Of a DNA stretch of 42,779 nt, positions 37,201 through 42,779 are shown piece after piece (the first letter of the stretch is position 1; every line of letters starts with the position of its first letter). Location: NCBI GenBank assembly GCA_032718475.1, contig JAUCBJ010003056.1:1-42779 (forward strand), given 5' to 3'. The notes below the pieces were generated by a model, which did not search any database, had not been told where the DNA came from, and saw nothing but the letters and a program-made list of their open reading frames with translations. Both the position numbers and the translations under genes were made by a program. Source of the stretch: Nemertoderma westbladi (lineage: Eukaryota > Animalia > Xenacoelomorpha).

Positions 37201-40200
37201 TAACGAACCTGCTATGTAGGAACCAGTAGCCCGTATATTGTGTACATTAACGAACCTGCTATGTAGGAACCAGTAGCCCGTATATTGTGTACATTAACGA
37301 ACCTGCTATGTAGGAACCAGTAGCCCGTATATTGTGTACATTAACGAACCTGCTATGTAGGAACCAGTAGCCCGTATATTGTGTACATTAACGAACCTGC
37401 TATGTAGGAACCAGTAGCCCGTATATTGTGTACATTAACGAACCTGCTATGTAGGAACCAGTAGCCCGTATATTGTGTACATTAACGAACCTGCTATGTA
37501 GGAACCAGTAGCCCGTATATTGTGTACATTAACGAACCTGCTATGTAGGAACCAGTAGCCCGTATATTGTGTACATTAACGAACCCGCTATGTAGGAACC
37601 AGTAGCCCGTATATTGTGTACATTAACGAACCTGCTATGTAGGAACCAGTAGCCCGTATATTGTGTACATTAACGAACCCGCTATGTAGGAACCAGTAGC
37701 CCGTATATTGTGTACATTAACGAACCTGCTATGTAGGAACCAGTAGCCCGTATATTGTGTACATTAACGAACCTGCTATGTAGGAACCAGTAGCCCGTAT
37801 ATTGTGTACATTAACGAACCTGCTATGTAGGAACCAGTAGCCCGTATATTGTGTACATTAACGAACCTGCTATGTAGGAACCAGTAGCCCGTATATTGTG
37901 TACATTAACGAACCTGCTATGTAGGAACCAGTAGCCCGTATATTGTGTACATTAACGAACCTGCTATGTAGGAACCAGTAGCCCGTATATTGTGTACATT
38001 AACGAACCTGCTATGTAGGAACCAGTAGCCCGTATATTGTGTACATTAACGAACCTGCTATGTAGGAACCAGTAGCCCGTATATTGTGTACATTAACGAA
38101 CCTGCTATGTAGGAACCAGTAGCCCGTATATTGTGTACATTAACGAACCTGCTATGTAGGAACCAGTAGCCCGTATATTGTGTACATTAACGAACCTGCT
38201 ATGTAGGAACCAGTAGCCCGTATATTGTGTACATTAACGAACCTGCTATGTAGGAACCAGTAGCCCGTATATTGTGTACATTAACGAACCTGCTATGTAG
38301 GAACCAGTAGCCCGTATATTGTGTACATTAACGAACCTGCTATGTAGGAACCAGTAGCCCGTATATTGTGTACATTAACGAACCTGCTATGTAGGAACCA
38401 GTAGCCCGTATATTGTGTACATTAACGAACCTGCTATGTAGGAACCAGTAGCCCGTATATTGTGTACATTAACGAACCTGCTATGTAGGAACCAGTAGCC
38501 CGTATATTGTGTACATTAACGAACCTGCTATGTAGGAACCAGTAGCCCGTATATTGTGTACATTAACGAACCTGCTATGTAGGAACCAGTAGCCCGTATA
38601 TTGTGTACATTAACGAACCCGCTATGTAGGAACCAGTAGCCCGTATATTGTGTACATTAACGAACCCTGCTATGTAGGAACCAGTAGCCCGTATATTGTG
38701 TACATTAACGAACCCGCTATGTAGGAACCAGTAGCCCGTATATTGTGTACATTAACGAACCTGCTATGTAGGAACCAGTAGCCCGTATATTGTGTACATT
38801 AACGAACCTGCTATGTAGGAACCAGTAGCCCGTATATTGTGTACATTAACGAACCTGCTATGTAGGAACCAGTAGCCCGTATATTGTGTACATTAACGAA
38901 CCTGCTATGTAGGAACCAGTAGCCCGTATATTGTGTACATTAACGAACCCGCTATGTAGGAACCAGTAGCCCGTATATTGTGTACATTAACGAACCTGCT
39001 ATGTAGGAACCAGTAGCCCGTATATTGTGTACATTAACGAACCTGCTATGTAGGAACCAGTAGCCCGTATATTGTGTACATTAACGAACCTGCTATGTAG
39101 GAACCAGTAGCCCGTATATTGTGTACATTAACGAACCTGCTATGTAGGAACCAGTAGCCCGTATATTGTGTACATTAACGAACCTGCTATGTAGGAACCA
39201 GTAGCCCGTATATTGTGTACATTAACGAACCTGCTATGTAGGAACCAGTAGCCCGTATATTGTGTACATTAACGAACCCGTGCTATGTAGGAACCAGTAG
39301 CCCGTATATTGTGTACATTAACGAACCTGCTATGTAGGAACCAGTAGCCCGTATATTGTGTACATTAACGAACCCGCTATGTAGGAACCAGTAGCCCGTA
39401 TATTGTGTACATTAACGAACCTGCTATGTAGGAACCAGTAGCCCGTATATTGTGTACATTAACGAACCTGCTATGTAGGAACCAGTAGCCCGTATATTGT
39501 GTACATTAACGAACCTGCTATGTAGGAACCAGTAGCCCGTATATTGTGTACATTAACGAACCTGCTATGTAGGAACCAGTAGCCCGTATATTGTGTACAT
39601 TAACGAACCTGCTATGTAGGAACCAGTAGCCCGTATATTGTGTACATTAACGAACCTGCTATGTAGGAACCAGTAGCCCGTATATTGTGTACATTAACGA
39701 ACCTGCTATGTAGGAACCAGTAGCCCGTATATTGTGTACATTAACGAACCTGCTATGTAGGAACCAGTAGCCCGTATATTGTGTACATTAACGAACCTGC
39801 TATGTAGGAACCAGTAGCCCGTATATTGTGTACATTAACGAACCTGCTATGTAGGAACCAGTAGCCCGTATATTGTGTACATTAACGAACCTGCTATGTA
39901 GGAACCAGTAGCCCGTATATTGTGTACATTAACGAACCTGCTATGTAGGAACCAGTAGCCCGTATATTGTGTACATTAACGAACCTGCTATGTAGGAACC
40001 AGTAGCCCGTATATTGTGTACATTAACGAACCTGCTATGTAGGAACCAGTAGCCCGTATATTGTGTACATTAACGAACCTGCTATGTAGGAACCAGTAGC
40101 CCGTATATTGTGTACATTAACGAACCTGCTATGTAGGAACCAGTAGCCCGTATATTGTGTACATTAACGAACCTGCTATGTAGGAACCAGTAGCCCGTAT

Positions 40201-42779
40201 ATTGTGTACATTAACGAACCTGCTATGTAGGAACCAGTAGCCCGTATATTGTGTACATTAACGAACCTGCTATGTAGGAACCAGTAGCCCGTATATTGTG
40301 TACATTAACGAACCCGCTATGTAGGAACCAGTAGCCCGTATATTGTGTACATTAACGAACCTGCTATGTAGGAACCAGTAGCCCGTATATTGTGTACATT
40401 AACGAACCCTGCTATGTAGGAACCAGTAGCCCGTATATTGTGTACATTAACGAACCTGCTATGTAGGAACCAGTAGCCCGTATATTGTGTACATTAACGA
40501 ACCTGCTATGTAGGAACCAGTAGCCCGTATATTGTGTACATTAACGAACCTGCTATGTAGGAACCAGTAGCCCGTATATTGTGTACATTAACGAACCTGC
40601 TATGTAGGAACCAGTAGCCCGTATATTGTGTACATTAACGAACCCGTTCTATGTAGGAACCAGTAGCCCGTATATTGTGTACATTAACGAACCTGCTATG
40701 TAGGAACCAGTAGCCCGTATATTGTGTACATTAACGAACCTGCTATGTAGGAACCAGTAGCCCGTATATTGTGTACATTAACGAACCTGCTATGTAGGAA
40801 CCAGTAGCCCGTATATTGTGTACATTAACGAACCTGCTATGTAGGAACCAGTAGCCCGTATATTGTGTACATTAACGAACCTGCTATGTAGGAACCAGTA
40901 GCCCGTATATTGTGTACATTAACGAACCTGCTATGTAGGAACCAGTAGCCCGTATATTGTGTACATTAACGAACCTGCTATGTAGGAACCAGTAGCCCGT
41001 ATATTGTGTACATTAACGAACCTGCTATGTAGGAACCAGTAGCCCGTATATTGTGTACATTAACGAACCCGCTATGTAGGAACCAGTAGCCCGTATATTG
41101 TGTACATTAACGAACCTGCTATGTAGGAACCAGTAGCCCGTATATTGTGTACATTAACGAACCTGCTATGTAGGAACCAGTAGCCCGTATATTGTGTACA
41201 TTAACGAACCTGCTATGTAGGAACCAGTAGCCCGTATATTGTGTACATTAACGAACCTGCTATGTAGGAACCAGTAGCCCGTATATTGTGTACATTAACG
41301 AACCTGCTATGTAGGAACCAGTAGCCCGTATATTGTGTACATTAACGAACCTGCTATGTAGGAACCAGTAGCCCGTATATTGTGTACATTAACGAACCTG
41401 CTATGTAGGAACCAGTAGCCCGTATATTGTGTACATTAACGAACCTGCTATGTAGGAACCAGTAGCCCGTATATTGTGTACATTAACGAACCTGCTATGT
41501 AGGAACCAGTAGCCCGTATATTGTGTACATTAACGAACCTGCTATGTAGGAACCAGTAGCCCGTATATTGTGTACATTAACGAACCTGCTATGTAGGAAC
41601 CAGTAGCCCGTATATTGTGTACATTAACGAACCTGCTATGTAGGAACCAGTAGCCCGTATATTGTGTACATTAACGAACCTGCTATGTAGGAACCAGTAG
41701 CCCGTATATTGTGTACATTAACGAACCTGCTATGTAGGAACCAGTAGCCCGTATATTGTGTACATTAACGAACCTGCTATGTAGGAACCAGTAGCCCGTA
41801 TATTGTGTACATTAACGAACCTGCTATGTAGGAACCAGTAGCCCGTATATTGTGTACATTAACGAACCTGCTATGTAGGAACCAGTAGCCCGTATATTGT
41901 GTACATTAACGAACCTGCTATGTAGGAACCAGTAGCCCGTATATTGTGTACATTAACGAACCTGCTATGTAGGAACCAGTAGCCCGTATATTGTGTACAT
42001 TAACGAACCTGCTATGTAGGAACCAGTAGCCCGTATATTGTGTACATTAACGAACCTGCTATGTAGGAACCAGTAGCCCGTATATTGTGTACATTAACGA
42101 ACCTGCTATGTAGGAACCAGTAGCCCGTATATTGTGTACATTAACGAACCTGCTATGTAGGAACCAGTAGCCCGTATATTGTGTACATTAACGAACCTGC
42201 TATGTAGGAACCAGTAGCCCGTATATTGTGTACATTAACGAACCTGCTATGTAGGAACCAGTAGCCCGTATATTGTGTACATTAACGAACCTGCTATGTA
42301 GGAACCAGTAGCCCGTATATTGTGTACATTAACGAACCTGCTATGTAGGAACCAGTAGCCCGTATATTGTGTACATTAACGAACCTGCTATGTAGGAACC
42401 AGTAGCCCGTATATTGTGTACATTAACGAACCTGCTATGTAGGAACCAGTAGCCCGTATATTGTGTACATTAACGAACCTGCTATGTAGGAACCAGTAGC
42501 CCGTATATTGTGTACATTAACGAACCTGCTATGTAGGAACCAGTAGCCCGTATATTGTGTACATTAACGAACCTGCTATGTAGGAACCAGTAGCCCGTAT
42601 ATTGTGTACATTAACGAACCTGCTATGTAGGAACCAGTAGCCCGTATATTGTGTACATTAACGAACCTGCTATGTAGGAACCAGTAGCCCGTATATTGTG
42701 TACATTAACGAACCTGCTATGTAGGAACCAGTAGCCCGTATATTGTGTACATTAACGAACCTGCTATGTAGGAACCAGT
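22228..42779 (-). repeat. Minisatellite 3: 47 bp unit made of exon end plus donor, more than 430 copies, running off the window
   Basis: Transcript-strand unit AATGTACACAATATACGGGCTACTGGTTCCTACATAGCAG|gttcgtt. It translates to (N)[13 protein letters not shown], the conserved RRM1 segment (IRATGSYIAG) that directly precedes GTNG in the next exon. Confidence 0.97.

Noticed and set aside
10193-42779. CRISPR-array interpretation of the regular repeats
   Set aside because: Units are head-to-tail with no unique spacers, there are no cas genes, and the context is a spliced eukaryotic gene.
10193-42779. Classic intron gain by tandem duplication of a purely exonic AGGT segment
   Set aside because: The bases after GT in each unit do not match the next exon's start (gttagt vs GGATTC, gtgagt vs GAACCC, gttcgt vs GTACCA), and separate acceptors exist. 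The duplications copied existing donors.
10193-42779. Tandem alternative or mutually exclusive mini-exons diversifying RRM1
   Set aside because: Units lack their own introns, consensus lengths are not multiples of 3, and read-through hits stops.

Overview
This is eukaryotic, probably invertebrate animal, genomic DNA. The + strand carries a single-ORF four-transmembrane gene resembling the MS4A/CD20-like family (606-1877). After an AT-rich intergenic region with MITE-like elements come the last seven coding exons of a ribonucleotide reductase large subunit gene (RRM1) on the - strand. All visible splice sites are canonical GT-AG with compatible phases, and the catalytic motifs are intact; the 5' exons lie beyond the window. 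About 30.7 kb (~72%) of the window is three unrelated minisatellite arrays with 41, 40 and 47 bp units (roughly 130, 115 and more than 430 copies). Each array sits in a different RRM1 intron, and each unit is a copy of the end of the upstream exon plus its 5' splice donor. The pre-mRNA therefore holds hundreds of near-identical decoy donors, and only the first gives an intact protein. Read donor to donor, each unit is also a formal GT...AG mini-intron. Smaller duplications span two acceptor sites. The gene model is well supported; the mechanism and novelty of the arrays are inference and need RNA data, long reads and a genome-wide survey. Copy numbers are array length divided by unit length.
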